Shown piece after piece: positions 20,336-29,672 of a stretch of DNA of 64,000 nucleotides; the stretch's first letter is position 1, and each line of letters opens with the position of its first letter. Origin of the DNA: Bacteroidales bacterium. GTDB taxonomy: Bacteria > Bacteroidota > Bacteroidia > Bacteroidales > UBA932. The notes beneath the pieces are model-generated. The model searched no databases. It saw only the letters and a list, made by a program, of their open reading frames with translations, and had not been told where the DNA came from. The stretch covers positions 1,719 through 65,718 of the forward strand of contig SUYY01000002.1 of assembly GCA_015060205.1 (NCBI GenBank), given 5' to 3'. The position numbers and the translations under genes are program-made.

Positions 20336-21036
20336 AAAGACGTCTTGTAGTGCTTACCGGTGCCGGAGTCAGTGCCGAAAGCGGAATATCGACATTCAGG
20401 GACAGTGACGGTCTTTGGGAAAACCATAAGGTGGAAGATGTCGCTTCGATCGAGGGCTGGTACAGGGATCCCGAAACAGTCCTGAACTTTTATAATGAAC
20501 GTCGTGCCCAGTTGCAGGGTGTCCGTCCTAATGCCGCGCATATCGCAATCGCGGAACTGGAAAATGATTACGACGTGACAGTGGTGACCCAGAATGTGGA
20601 CAACCTGCATGAAAGAGCCGGCTCGACCCGCATAATCCATCTTCATGGCGAACTTACAAAAGTACGTCCGGAGAACTGCTGCAATGAGATGGACGGCTTT
20701 TCGGAAGAGACAGTCTTCGATATCGGTCCGGATTCCATACATGTGGGCGACCTCGCTCCGAACGGTGCCCAACTGCGTCCGCACATTGTCTGGTTCGGTG
20801 AGGCAGTGCCGAAGATAGAGAGTGCAATCGATGCCGTGGAGGCTGCTGATATTCTTCTCATTGTCGGAACTTCCCTTCAGGTCTATCCGGCGGCAGGTCT
20901 TTACAGATATGCAAAATCATCGGTTCCTATATATATAATCGACCCGAAGGATGTCACTGTCCGTGATGCCCGCATGACGCATATCAAGGAAGTGGCTACC
21001 AAAGGAATGGAAGTGGTCAAAAAACTCCTGCAATAG
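20332..21036 (+). CDS. cobB: NAD-dependent protein deacylase (class III sirtuin)
   Basis: GAGVSAESGISTFRD, FYNERR, TQNVDNLHERAG, HGEL, RPHIVWFGE and GTSLQVYPAA motifs. Confidence 0.92.
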   Translation: MKRRLVVLTGAGVSAESGISTFRDSDGLWENHKVEDVASIEGWYRDPETVLNFYNERRAQLQGVRPNAAHIAIAELENDYDVTVVTQNVDNLHERAGSTRIIHLHGELTKVRPENCCNEMDGFSEETVFDIGPDSIHVGDLAPNGAQLRPHIVWFGEAVPKIESAIDAVEAADILLIVGTSLQVYPAAGLYRYAKSSVPIYIIDPKDVTVRDARMTHIKEVATKGMEVVKKLLQ

Positions 21037-21080
21037 TCTTGTAAATTAAAAATTTATGCTTATATTTGCCGCCCGAAATA

Positions 21081-21091
21081 AAAGGAGGTGG
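21081..21091 (+). promoter_or_regulatory. Strong Shine-Dalgarno sequence of rpsU
   Basis: AAAGGAGGTGG, 7 nt before ATG 21099; promoter TATATTTG at 21061-21068. Confidence 0.8.
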
Positions 21092-21098
21092 TATTAGC

Positions 21099-21293
21099 AT
21101 GATTATAGTTCCAGTAAAGGATGGTGAGAGCATTGAGAAGGCTCTTAAGAAGTTCAAGAGAAAGTTTGAGAAGACTGGTGCAATCCGTGAACTTCGCGCA
21201 AGGAAGACATTCCTTAAGCCGTCAGTGAAGAAGAGAATGCAGATGCAGAAGGCTATCTACGTTCAGCAGATGCAACTTCAGGACGAGCAGTAA
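21099..21293 (+). CDS. rpsU: 30S ribosomal protein bS21
   Basis: MIIVPVKDGESIEKALKKFKRK...KPSVKKR. Confidence 0.97.
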   Translation: MIIVPVKDGESIEKALKKFKRKFEKTGAIRELRARKTFLKPSVKKRMQMQKAIYVQQMQLQDEQ

Positions 21294-21389
21294 TTTATAT
21301 TTTTGAAGATATTTAAAGATTGTCAGGCTCAGAGAAAGAGTCACATTGTGACCGCCTGCTTTCTAAAACTTTTAATATTTACAAGTTTT

Positions 21390-21701
21390 ATGTACGCAAT
21401 CGTAGACATTGCAGGCCAGCAGTTCAAAGTTGAGGCTGGTATGGAAATCTTCGTAAACCGCCTCGCGGCTGAGAAGGGTGCTGCTGTCGAGTTCGACAAG
21501 GTACTTCTTATCGACGAGGACGGAGCAGTTAAGGTAGGTGCACCTTACGTTGATGGTGCTAAGGTTACAGCAACTGTACTTGATGACACTTGCAAGGGCA
21601 AGAAGGTTCTTGTATTCAAGAAGAAACGTCGTAAAGGTTATCAGAAGTGTAACGGTCACCGTCAGTATCTTACTAAACTTCAGATCAATGCGATCGCTTA
21701 A
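21390..21701 (+). CDS. rplU: 50S ribosomal protein bL21
   Basis: [14 protein letters not shown]...KKKRRKGY...GHRQ. Confidence 0.97.
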   Translation: MYAIVDIAGQQFKVEAGMEIFVNRLAAEKGAAVEFDKVLLIDEDGAVKVGAPYVDGAKVTATVLDDTCKGKKVLVFKKKRRKGYQKCNGHRQYLTKLQINAIA

Positions 21702-21721
21702 TTAATTGAGGAGGAAACATT

Positions 21722-21982
21722 ATGGCACATAAAAAAGGCGTCGGTAGTTCCAAGAACGGTCGTGAGTCACATAGCAAACGACTCGGAGTCAAGAAATATG
21801 GTGATCAGGCAGTAAAGGCTGGTAACATCCTCGTTCGTCAGAGAGGTACAGTTCACAACCCAGGTCTGAATGTAGGAATGGGTAAGGACCACACTCTTTA
21901 CGCTCTGATTGACGGTAAGGTTTGCTTCCGCAAGAAGGCTGACAACAAATCTTACGTCTCGGTACTCCCTTTTGAGAACTAA
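21722..21982 (+). CDS. rpmA: 50S ribosomal protein bL27
   Basis: [16 protein letters not shown]. Confidence 0.98.
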   Translation: MAHKKGVGSSKNGRESHSKRLGVKKYGDQAVKAGNILVRQRGTVHNPGLNVGMGKDHTLYALIDGKVCFRKKADNKSYVSVLPFEN

Positions 21983-22008
21983 GACTCGGGGATTTATGAA
22001 AACTATTG

Positions 22009-22044
22009 AGGACTGTTATCCCGAGCGGATTACAGTCCTTTTTT
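22009..22044 (+). terminator. Intrinsic terminator after rpmA
   Basis: AGGACTGT-T-ATCC...GGAT-T-ACAGTCCT followed by a T run. Confidence 0.7.
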
Positions 22045-22059
22045 AATATAAACAGAATT

Positions 22060-23331
22060 ATGCTCACATTAAAACATCTTCGCGAAAATCCGGAATTTGT
22101 CATCGCGAAACTTGCAGTAAAGAATTTCGATGCAAGGGAAATTGTAGAAAAGATAAATGTTCTCGATCAGAACAGACGTTCTCTTCAACTTGAACTCGAT
22201 ACATGTCTTGCCGAACAGAAAAAGAAGGCTGCCCAGATAGGTGGTCTCATGAAGGAAGGCAGAAAAGAAGAGGCAGAGGCAGTAAAGGCTGAAGTCGCTG
22301 CACTGAAGGCCCGCTCGGCAGAAATAGAGAACAAGTCGCAGGAAAATAACTCGGAACTGGATTCACTTGTCGTTCTTCTTCCTAATCTTCCATGCGACCA
22401 GGTCCCTCAGGGAAAGACCGCCGAGGACAATGTGGTGGTAAAGACTGGAAACGAGGTTCCTGAACTTGGTGAGAATCCTCTTCCGCATTGGGAACTCGCA
22501 AAGAAGTTTGACATCATCGACTTTGATCTTGGCGTCAAGTTGACAGGTGCAGGTTTCCCTGTATACAAGGGAAAGGGAGCAAGACTTCAGAGAGCATTGA
22601 TCAACTATTTCCTTGATATCAATACTGCAGCAGGCTATCTTGAGGTAGAACCTCCTGTCATGGTGAATGAGGCTTCAGGCTTCGGTACAGGCCAACTTCC
22701 GGACAAGGAAGGTCAGATGTATCATGCTACAGCGGACAACTTCTATCTCGTACCTACGGCAGAGGTGCCTGTTACAAACATCTATAGGGATGTTATACTC
22801 GCCAACAACGAGTTCCCAGTCAAGATGACAGCCTACACTCCATGCTTCCGTCGTGAGGCCGGATCATATGGAAAGGACGTGAGAGGTCTGAACCGCCTCC
22901 ATCAGTTCGACAAGGTGGAGATCGTACGTATCGAGAAGCCGGAGGACTCATATGCCGCTCTTGATGATATGATCGCTCATGTGGAGAATATTGTGAAATC
23001 TCTTGGTCTTCCATACAGGATTCTCCGTCTTTGCGGTGGTGACATGAGTTTCACATCTGCCATTACATATGACTTCGAGGTCTATTCTGCGGCTCAGGGA
23101 AGATGGCTCGAGATATCTTCGGTTTCCAATTTCGAATCTTATCAGGCAAACCGTCTTAAGTTGAGATACAAGGATGCCGAAGGAAAGACCCAACTTGCAC
23201 ATACTCTCAACGGAAGTTCTCTTGCACTTCCGCGTGTGGTTGCTGCGCTTCTCGAAAACAATCAGAAGGATGGAAAGATATATATTCCTGAGGCCCTCCG
23301 TCCGTACACCGGATTCGACTATATCGACTGA
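22060..23331 (+). CDS. serS: Serine--tRNA ligase
   Basis: N-terminal coiled coil; PTAEVP, FRREAG, RLHQFDKVE, EISSVSN and HTLNGS motifs. Confidence 0.97.
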   Translation: MLTLKHLRENPEFVIAKLAVKNFDAREIVEKINVLDQNRRSLQLELDTCLAEQKKKAAQIGGLMKEGRKEEAEAVKAEVAALKARSAEIENKSQENNSELDSLVVLLPNLPCDQVPQGKTAEDNVVVKTGNEVPELGENPLPHWELAKKFDIIDFDLGVKLTGAGFPVYKGKGARLQRALINYFLDINTAAGYLEVEPPVMVNEASGFGTGQLPDKEGQMYHATADNFYLVPTAEVPVTNIYRDVILANNEFPVKMTAYTPCFRREAGSYGKDVRGLNRLHQFDKVEIVRIEKPEDSYAALDDMIAHVENIVKSLGLPYRILRLCGGDMSFTSAITYDFEVYSAAQGRWLEISSVSNFESYQANRLKLRYKDAEGKTQLAHTLNGSSLALPRVVAALLENNQKDGKIYIPEALRPYTGFDYID

Positions 23332-23362
23332 TGACAGGATACATTCATAAGCCTGATGTGCT

Positions 23363-23920
23363 ATGAGCAAGGCGAAGACCATATTAGGCATTGACCCCGG
23401 AACCAATATTTTAGGTTTCGGGGTTATTGGCGTAGATGCCAAGGGACCTTATTATAAGGATATGGGAGTCTTTGACCTTCGTAAGATTGAAGACCCTTTC
23501 GAGAAACTTGCCAACATCTTTGCCGGTGTATCGGAACTGATAGAGGAACATCAGCCTGACGAACTTGCAGTCGAGTCGCCGTTCTATGGCAAGAACGCCC
23601 AGGTGATATTGAAACTTGGCAGGGCGCAGGGGGCTGCACTTACTGCCGCTGTGATGCGTGGTATACCGGTGGCCGAATATGCTCCACGTAAAGCCAAGAT
23701 AGCGATCTGCGGAAACGGTGCCGCATCCAAGGAGCAGGTTGCCATGATGATCCAGAAGACTCTGAATGTAAGGCTTGAGTCGAAATATCTGGATGCCACA
23801 GATGCACTTGCCATTGCCTTATGCCATCACTATCAGATGACAAATCCACTCGCAGGCTCAGGAGGAAAGACAGATTGGAAGAAATTTCTTGCAGACAATC
23901 CTGACAGAGTAAAAAAATGA
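23363..23920 (+). CDS. ruvC: Holliday junction resolvase RuvC
   Basis: ILGIDPG, AVESPF, LGRAQG and DATDALAIA motifs. Confidence 0.96.
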   Translation: MSKAKTILGIDPGTNILGFGVIGVDAKGPYYKDMGVFDLRKIEDPFEKLANIFAGVSELIEEHQPDELAVESPFYGKNAQVILKLGRAQGAALTAAVMRGIPVAEYAPRKAKIAICGNGAASKEQVAMMIQKTLNVRLESKYLDATDALAIALCHHYQMTNPLAGSGGKTDWKKFLADNPDRVKK

Positions 23921-23993
23921 AATCTTCTTAAACTTTTGACATCCGTATCAGTCTAAATACTGTTTTATTTTGCCCAAACAGACAAGACAGAAA

Positions 23994-26948
23994 ATGAAAA
24001 ACTTCAGAAACTTCCTTATTCTCGTGATCATGCTGGCAGGTACACCAGCCTTCGCCCAGTCGATATATTCCATCAAATTTCATCTGGTGGATGAAAAGAC
24101 GTCTGAACCCGTGGCCTTTGCGACAGCATCCGTTACTGTCAAAGGGGAAAGGACCGCTCTTAAATATGCGCTTTCCGATGACCGTGGAGCCGTATCCATT
24201 CCAAAACTGAAGAAAGGTGCCTACATCGTAAAGGCGGAACTGATGGGCTATAAGACATTTGTCAAGGAAGTTGTCATTGAGAAGAATCTTGACCTTGGAA
24301 CAGTCAGGATGGCAGAGGATGCCGAGGTCATTGATGCCGCAAAAGTTACAGATATCGGCAATCCGATTGTGATAAAGAAGGATACGGTCGAATATAACGC
24401 ATCATCATTCAAGACTTCCGACAATGATATGCTCGAGCAACTTCTCAAGAAACTTCCGGGAGTGGAGGTTGAGGCAGACGGTTCCATCACAGCGAACGGA
24501 GAGACCATCAAGAAGATAACCATCGACGGAAAGACTTTTTTCCTTGATGACCCGCAACTTGCTTCGAAGAATATCCCTGCAAAGATAGTTGAGAAGGTGA
24601 AGGTTGTGGAAAAGAAGTCGGACCAGGCCATGTTCACAGGTATCGACGACGGTGAGGAAGAAACGATAATCGACCTCAAACTGCGTCCCGGTATGGCTGA
24701 AGGATGGTTCGGTAATATAATGGGAGGAGGCGGACATGATGTGCCGGGACCCGGTTCGGATATGAACGACTGGCGTTATCAGGGTGCTGCCATGATAGGA
24801 AGATTTACTGAAAAAAGTCAGTTGAGCATAATCCTTAACGGAAACAATACCAACAACCGCGGATTCAATGACGTTGCAGGTAGCATGATGCAGGGAATGA
24901 GAGGCGGTATGGGTATGGGACGCGGAAATGGAGGCTGGGGAGGCGGCAACGGCATCGCCACCACATGGATGGGAGGTGTCAACGGAGCCTTCAACCTTTT
25001 TGATGACAAGATGGATCTCGCAGGAAATTATGTGTACAACGGCTCTGACCGTGATGTGATCGAGTCATCTTCAAAGACCACATATCTTGAGGACGGGAGT
25101 CTTTTGAACAATTCTTCAGGATATGACAATACATTCTCCCAGGGTCATCGTTTCGGTGTACGACTGGAGCATAAGTTCTCGGAAAACACATCCATCCTCT
25201 TTGAACCTCAGTTCAACTTCGGAAGCGGACATTACAATGAGTCTTCCGTATTCAGCACGGAATCTTTGTCTAAAGGTGTTTCCGATGCAGTGAAGGTGAA
25301 TGAAGGTATCACAGGCAATTCGGGAAGCAACCGTAACTGGAACACAAGCGGTTTCCTTCTTTTCCGTCAGCGGCTCGGTAAGGCTGGACGTACTATTTCA
25401 GCCAATGTGCATTACAATTTCAGCAATAATGCCATCACAGGTCTGAACCTTTCCCGTACCGATGCCTATGACGAGGCCGGAGTTCCTCTGCAGGAAAAGT
25501 GCGATACCGTAAATCAGAGGTTTGAGAGCATGTCGAAGGGAACCTCTCTCAGTGGAAGGCTGGTATATACGGAGCCGCTTACAGAACATCTCTTTCTTGA
25601 GGCCAACTACTCATATTCATGGAATCTCAACAGATCGGTCAAGGATACCTACAACAGCGGCAGCAATATTCTGGAGAACGGAATACCTGTCTTCAATCCG
25701 GTGGGAGCCGTAAGGGATGAGGTGTATTCCAACAATATCGAGAACGAATCCCATAATCAGCGTGCAGGTCTGAGCCTCAGTTATCAGAAGAATAAATTCA
25801 GGGCGCAACTCGGAGCAGGTGTGAATCCTACCTCTACATACAACCAGACAAATGAAAAGACCTACACCAACAAGGTGATCAACTGGTCTCCTCAGGCTAT
25901 GTTGTTCTATGAGATAAATGACAACTCCAACATGCGTCTGTTCTATTTCGGTAATTCGGCACAGCCTTCAACATCACAACTGATGCCTGTTCCGGACAAT
26001 TCGGATCCTCTGAACATCTCGCTTGGTAATCCTTATCTGGAACCATATTTCAACCATAATGTCCGTGCACGTTTCGGATATACCAACAAGAAGACTTTTA
26101 CTTCCGTCAATGCAAATATACGTGGAAGTGTAACGGAGAACGCCCTTACAAATGCCCAGTGGTATGACAAGGCTGGAGTCAGATATTCGATTCCTGTAAA
26201 CGGACCGGCGACAACCTCTTTCAATGCAGGGTTTTTCGTGAACAGTCCTTTCGGCAAGTCCGGATTCTCGATCTTCTCGATGACCTTCTTCAATTACAAT
26301 GAATCGGTGTCATATGTGGGTACGAATCTTTTCCGCGATACCAAGGCCGATATGTATTATGATGCGGAGAACGCCGTGTTCAACCACGAGCAGTTCCATA
26401 ATGACTATGGAACTCTGGAAGACCATTCGGACATGTTCTCAGTCAACAAGAACCAGACTCTGGGCTTCACTCAGCGTCTGCGCCTTACTTATCGCAATGA
26501 TTTCGTGGAAGTCAATGTCGGAGGACGTACCAGAATGAGCAAGTCATGGTACACACTCAACAAGGAACTTCAGCCTACATGGAACAATCAGGTGGATGGC
26601 TCCATGAACTGGACCATACCGGGAGGCATAAATCTCATCGCAGAAGCAAGATATAACTGGTATAACGGATATACCACAGCACAGGATGACGAGATAATCC
26701 TCAATGCCGAGATAACAAAACTGCTTTTCAAGAAGAAATTCACCCTTGCCCTCAAGGCATATGACATACTCGGTCAGTCCAAGAATCTGTCAGTGTCCGA
26801 TTCGTCCAACTACCATATCGAGACACGCAACAACACTTTGGGACGTTATATAATCCTTTCTCTGACCTATCGCTTCGGCAACTTCACTCAGGGTGGTGCA
26901 GGGCAGCGCAGAGGTCCTGGAGGTCCTATGGGCCCTCCTCGCAGATAA
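23994..26948 (+). CDS. Outer-membrane beta-barrel protein (TonB-dependent-receptor-like, carboxypeptidase-regulatory-like N-domain)
   Basis: Signal peptide; KKDTVEYNA, LLKKLPGV and GNPYLEP motifs; C-terminal LTYRF. Confidence 0.8.
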   Translation: MKNFRNFLILVIMLAGTPAFAQSIYSIKFHLVDEKTSEPVAFATASVTVKGERTALKYALSDDRGAVSIPKLKKGAYIVKAELMGYKTFVKEVVIEKNLDLGTVRMAEDAEVIDAAKVTDIGNPIVIKKDTVEYNASSFKTSDNDMLEQLLKKLPGVEVEADGSITANGETIKKITIDGKTFFLDDPQLASKNIPAKIVEKVKVVEKKSDQAMFTGIDDGEEETIIDLKLRPGMAEGWFGNIMGGGGHDVPGPGSDMNDWRYQGAAMIGRFTEKSQLSIILNGNNTNNRGFNDVAGSMMQGMRGGMGMGRGNGGWGGGNGIATTWMGGVNGAFNLFDDKMDLAGNYVYNGSDRDVIESSSKTTYLEDGSLLNNSSGYDNTFSQGHRFGVRLEHKFSENTSILFEPQFNFGSGHYNESSVFSTESLSKGVSDAVKVNEGITGNSGSNRNWNTSGFLLFRQRLGKAGRTISANVHYNFSNNAITGLNLSRTDAYDEAGVPLQEKCDTVNQRFESMSKGTSLSGRLVYTEPLTEHLFLEANYSYSWNLNRSVKDTYNSGSNILENGIPVFNPVGAVRDEVYSNNIENESHNQRAGLSLSYQKNKFRAQLGAGVNPTSTYNQTNEKTYTNKVINWSPQAMLFYEINDNSNMRLFYFGNSAQPSTSQLMPVPDNSDPLNISLGNPYLEPYFNHNVRARFGYTNKKTFTSVNANIRGSVTENALTNAQWYDKAGVRYSIPVNGPATTSFNAGFFVNSPFGKSGFSIFSMTFFNYNESVSYVGTNLFRDTKADMYYDAENAVFNHEQFHNDYGTLEDHSDMFSVNKNQTLGFTQRLRLTYRNDFVEVNVGGRTRMSKSWYTLNKELQPTWNNQVDGSMNWTIPGGINLIAEARYNWYNGYTTAQDDEIILNAEITKLLFKKKFTLALKAYDILGQSKNLSVSDSSNYHIETRNNTLGRYIILSLTYRFGNFTQGGAGQRRGPGGPMGPPRR

Positions 26949-26965
26949 TCTCTTTTTTATGACCT

Positions 26966-28768
26966 ATGAGAAGGATTCTATTGCTTTTGCTGATGTCGCT
27001 TCCGCTGATTTCCGGTGCGAGGGAAAGAGATCTCGAGACGGCGCGGAACATTGCCTATGATTTTATCGGATCCAAGGTTCTTACCAGGTCTTCCGGTGTG
27101 AGTCTGAGTCTGGTCTACGACAGTTTCGGAACTTTGAGTACGCGTGCCGTCGGTCATGCTCCATCCTTTTATGTGTTTGACAATGATCTGGGACCTGGAT
27201 TTGTCATAGTTTCCGGAGACGATGCTGTACAGCAGATATTAGCATATTCGGTCAACTCGAATTTCAGAACTGACAATATGCCGCCAAACTTGCATTGGTG
27301 GCTTGATACGATGGATGCGCAGGTTCAGAAAGTACGGGAAAACAGTGTTGTGGCGACAGATGCCGGAATATTGCCGGGAAACGAAGTCTATCTGTGTGAG
27401 ACGGCGAAATGGGACCAGTGGGGACCGTTCAACTATCAGTGTCCGGTCATGATGTATAAAGGCAAGTTGGAAAATACGCTTACAGGTTGCGGACCAACTG
27501 CAATTGCCATCGCACTGCGATATAGGGAATATCCACCTTGCGGTACAGGCACGACACCGGAGTATGTCACCAACAAGAACAATTTGACGGTTCCTGCCAG
27601 GGATCTGAGTGAGGAATACCATTGGGAAGACATGCCTCTGACCTCTCCGTACAAGTCGCAATGGACGGACAGCCAGAACGATGCCGTAGCGAGACTGATT
27701 GCCGATATCGGTGCTGCCGCTCAGGTACAATATGACATGGAAGGTACAACCATATTCAGTACCGCTGTGCCTTCTGCCATGATGGAATTTTTCGGATATG
27801 ACAGGAGCGTATATCTGCAGGAAAGAAAATACTACAAGGACAAGGATTGGTTCCCTCTTATCAGGAATGAAATAAGGACCAACGGTCCTGTCATATATAG
27901 CGGAAATGCGCCTGATGTGGGTCACATGTTTGTGCTTGACGGATATGATTCCAACGATTATTTTCATGTGAACTGGGGCTGGAGCGGCTCAAGCGACGGA
28001 TATTATTCCCTTTCTGCCATGAATCCCGGTAATCCGGGAGCCGGGGCGGGATCTCTGGCGCACATCAATGGTTACAATACTTCCCAAAGTGCCATACTCA
28101 ACTTCATGCCTGATAAGGGCGGTCAGCCCGTTTTGAGGGTGGAGTTCTATAATATCGACAACGAGTATGGTACATTCAAAGGCTTGAGAGTCAAGGAATA
28201 CGACCAGTTGACCGGACTCCCTTCAGTCATCAATGTAGGTGCGATAAGGAACAGAAGCGAGATCACATGCCGCGACCTTAAGGTAAGGCTTGTCGTGGTC
28301 GACAGAGAGATGAATGAGCGAAATATCCTGTGGGAGCAGACAATTGAGGAGTTGAAGTCCTATGATTATATCTGTTATCCTGATGTGGTCCTGACCGACT
28401 ACGGTACTGTCGGTTTCGGATATCTGCTGCTGGCTCAGTACTACCATCCTCAGGAAGGCCAGTGGAAGACGATTCATGCAGACAGGAGTATCAGGGGAGC
28501 GGAAAGCATACTTCTCGCCGACGAATATACCATCGAGGAGAGTACGGTCTTCAAATATGAAAATGCTTCCCAGACCATCACTTTGACCACAAAGGACGGG
28601 GTTGAGGTCAGATTGTCAGGAAACGGTCTTGATGTGCCGGTGGAGAGTGTGAAGAAAAATACATTTGTCATAGAAACCGGTTCTCTTGAGGCAGGCATAT
28701 ATACTGTCACTCTTTCCAAAGGATCGGAAAAGAAGGAATTGCGTATTGTAACAGGAACCAGGGACTAG
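26966..28768 (+). CDS. Peptidase C10 (streptopain/SpeB-like) with propeptide
   Basis: GFVIVSGDD prodomain, WDQ oxyanion Gln, TGC nucleophile, GHMFVLDGY and HVNWGW. Confidence 0.9.
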   Translation: MRRILLLLLMSLPLISGARERDLETARNIAYDFIGSKVLTRSSGVSLSLVYDSFGTLSTRAVGHAPSFYVFDNDLGPGFVIVSGDDAVQQILAYSVNSNFRTDNMPPNLHWWLDTMDAQVQKVRENSVVATDAGILPGNEVYLCETAKWDQWGPFNYQCPVMMYKGKLENTLTGCGPTAIAIALRYREYPPCGTGTTPEYVTNKNNLTVPARDLSEEYHWEDMPLTSPYKSQWTDSQNDAVARLIADIGAAAQVQYDMEGTTIFSTAVPSAMMEFFGYDRSVYLQERKYYKDKDWFPLIRNEIRTNGPVIYSGNAPDVGHMFVLDGYDSNDYFHVNWGWSGSSDGYYSLSAMNPGNPGAGAGSLAHINGYNTSQSAILNFMPDKGGQPVLRVEFYNIDNEYGTFKGLRVKEYDQLTGLPSVINVGAIRNRSEITCRDLKVRLVVVDREMNERNILWEQTIEELKSYDYICYPDVVLTDYGTVGFGYLLLAQYYHPQEGQWKTIHADRSIRGAESILLADEYTIEESTVFKYENASQTITLTTKDGVEVRLSGNGLDVPVESVKKNTFVIETGSLEAGIYTVTLSKGSEKKELRIVTGTRD

Positions 28769-28775
28769 AAAAGAA

Positions 28776-29672
28776 ATGAAAAGATTATACAATATATTGC
28801 TGTTGATGATGCTGTTGTCCTCGTTGTCTGCCTGTGAGATGCTGGTGACTATGATAAATCAGTCCTATATCACCCTGGATAATGTGGAGAACGAGAGGGT
28901 TATGTTTGACGAATATGAGGATTCGTACCAGGTCATGTTCTCGACAAATTCATCATGGAAGGCAGTTTCACATGCTGAATGGTGCAGGGTAGAACCGACT
29001 GAAGGAGATGAGTCGACCACCGTGCTGACCGTAACGGTGGATAAGAATACGATGCCGGACGACAGAAAGGCTGCCATAGTCCTTTCGACTGATGACTCCA
29101 ATGCCCGCGCCATCTTCAATGTTGTTCAAGGTCAGATGACCGTACTTTCTGTCGAGGATGCGGATTATGAACTTCCGGATGAAGGCGGATCCTTTAAAGT
29201 CTCGCTGCAGCATAATGTCGATTATTATGTCTCCATCCCCTCAGGTACGCCTTGGATAAAGCATGTCGTGTCCAAAGGAGTTTCCTCTTCCGTTCATAAA
29301 TTCACAGTCGAGCCGAATCTTGAGGAGGTTTCAAGGACTGCAACTGTTTCATTTGTGAACAGGGCAGACTCAAGCAGGGAGACTTTCAAGGTGTTCCAGC
29401 ACGGGCTTCCTCCGAAGCGTAACCTCGTGCTGAAGGTCACCCATGTCAATGATATCTTTGATGTGCCTGCCTTCAATGACGGTCTGAGCGGTATGGTGTA
29501 TTGGGATGCTGACAGTTCAGGAGACCCTTTCGGCACATTTGTGGGCTATCGGTACAGTAGTCATGACAGAGAGAAGACCGTCACATTCGACCTGACCGGA
29601 TATCACAATAAATACACGGTTGAATTCGACGGCATCAAGGGACTCGTTGAAATCGATCTGACCGGACTTTAG
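28776..29672 (+). CDS. BACON-domain lipoprotein
   Basis: Lipobox LSAC and two BACON-like repeats (W...N...R...V.Q). Confidence 0.75.
   Translation: MKRLYNILLLMMLLSSLSACEMLVTMINQSYITLDNVENERVMFDEYEDSYQVMFSTNSSWKAVSHAEWCRVEPTEGDESTTVLTVTVDKNTMPDDRKAAIVLSTDDSNARAIFNVVQGQMTVLSVEDADYELPDEGGSFKVSLQHNVDYYVSIPSGTPWIKHVVSKGVSSSVHKFTVEPNLEEVSRTATVSFVNRADSSRETFKVFQHGLPPKRNLVLKVTHVNDIFDVPAFNDGLSGMVYWDADSSGDPFGTFVGYRYSSHDREKTVTFDLTGYHNKYTVEFDGIKGLVEIDLTGL

Noticed and set aside
19196-21036. ATPase plus Sir2 as an anti-phage system (Sir2-HerA, Thoeris or Avs-like)
   Set aside because: The sirtuin has the full motif set of a housekeeping CobB deacylase, not a defence NADase; the ATPase is not HerA-like; the context is housekeeping.
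24890-24960. Gly/Met-rich low-complexity segment in the barrel protein
   Set aside because: Gly-rich loops at this position are a common feature of this Bacteroidota barrel family.
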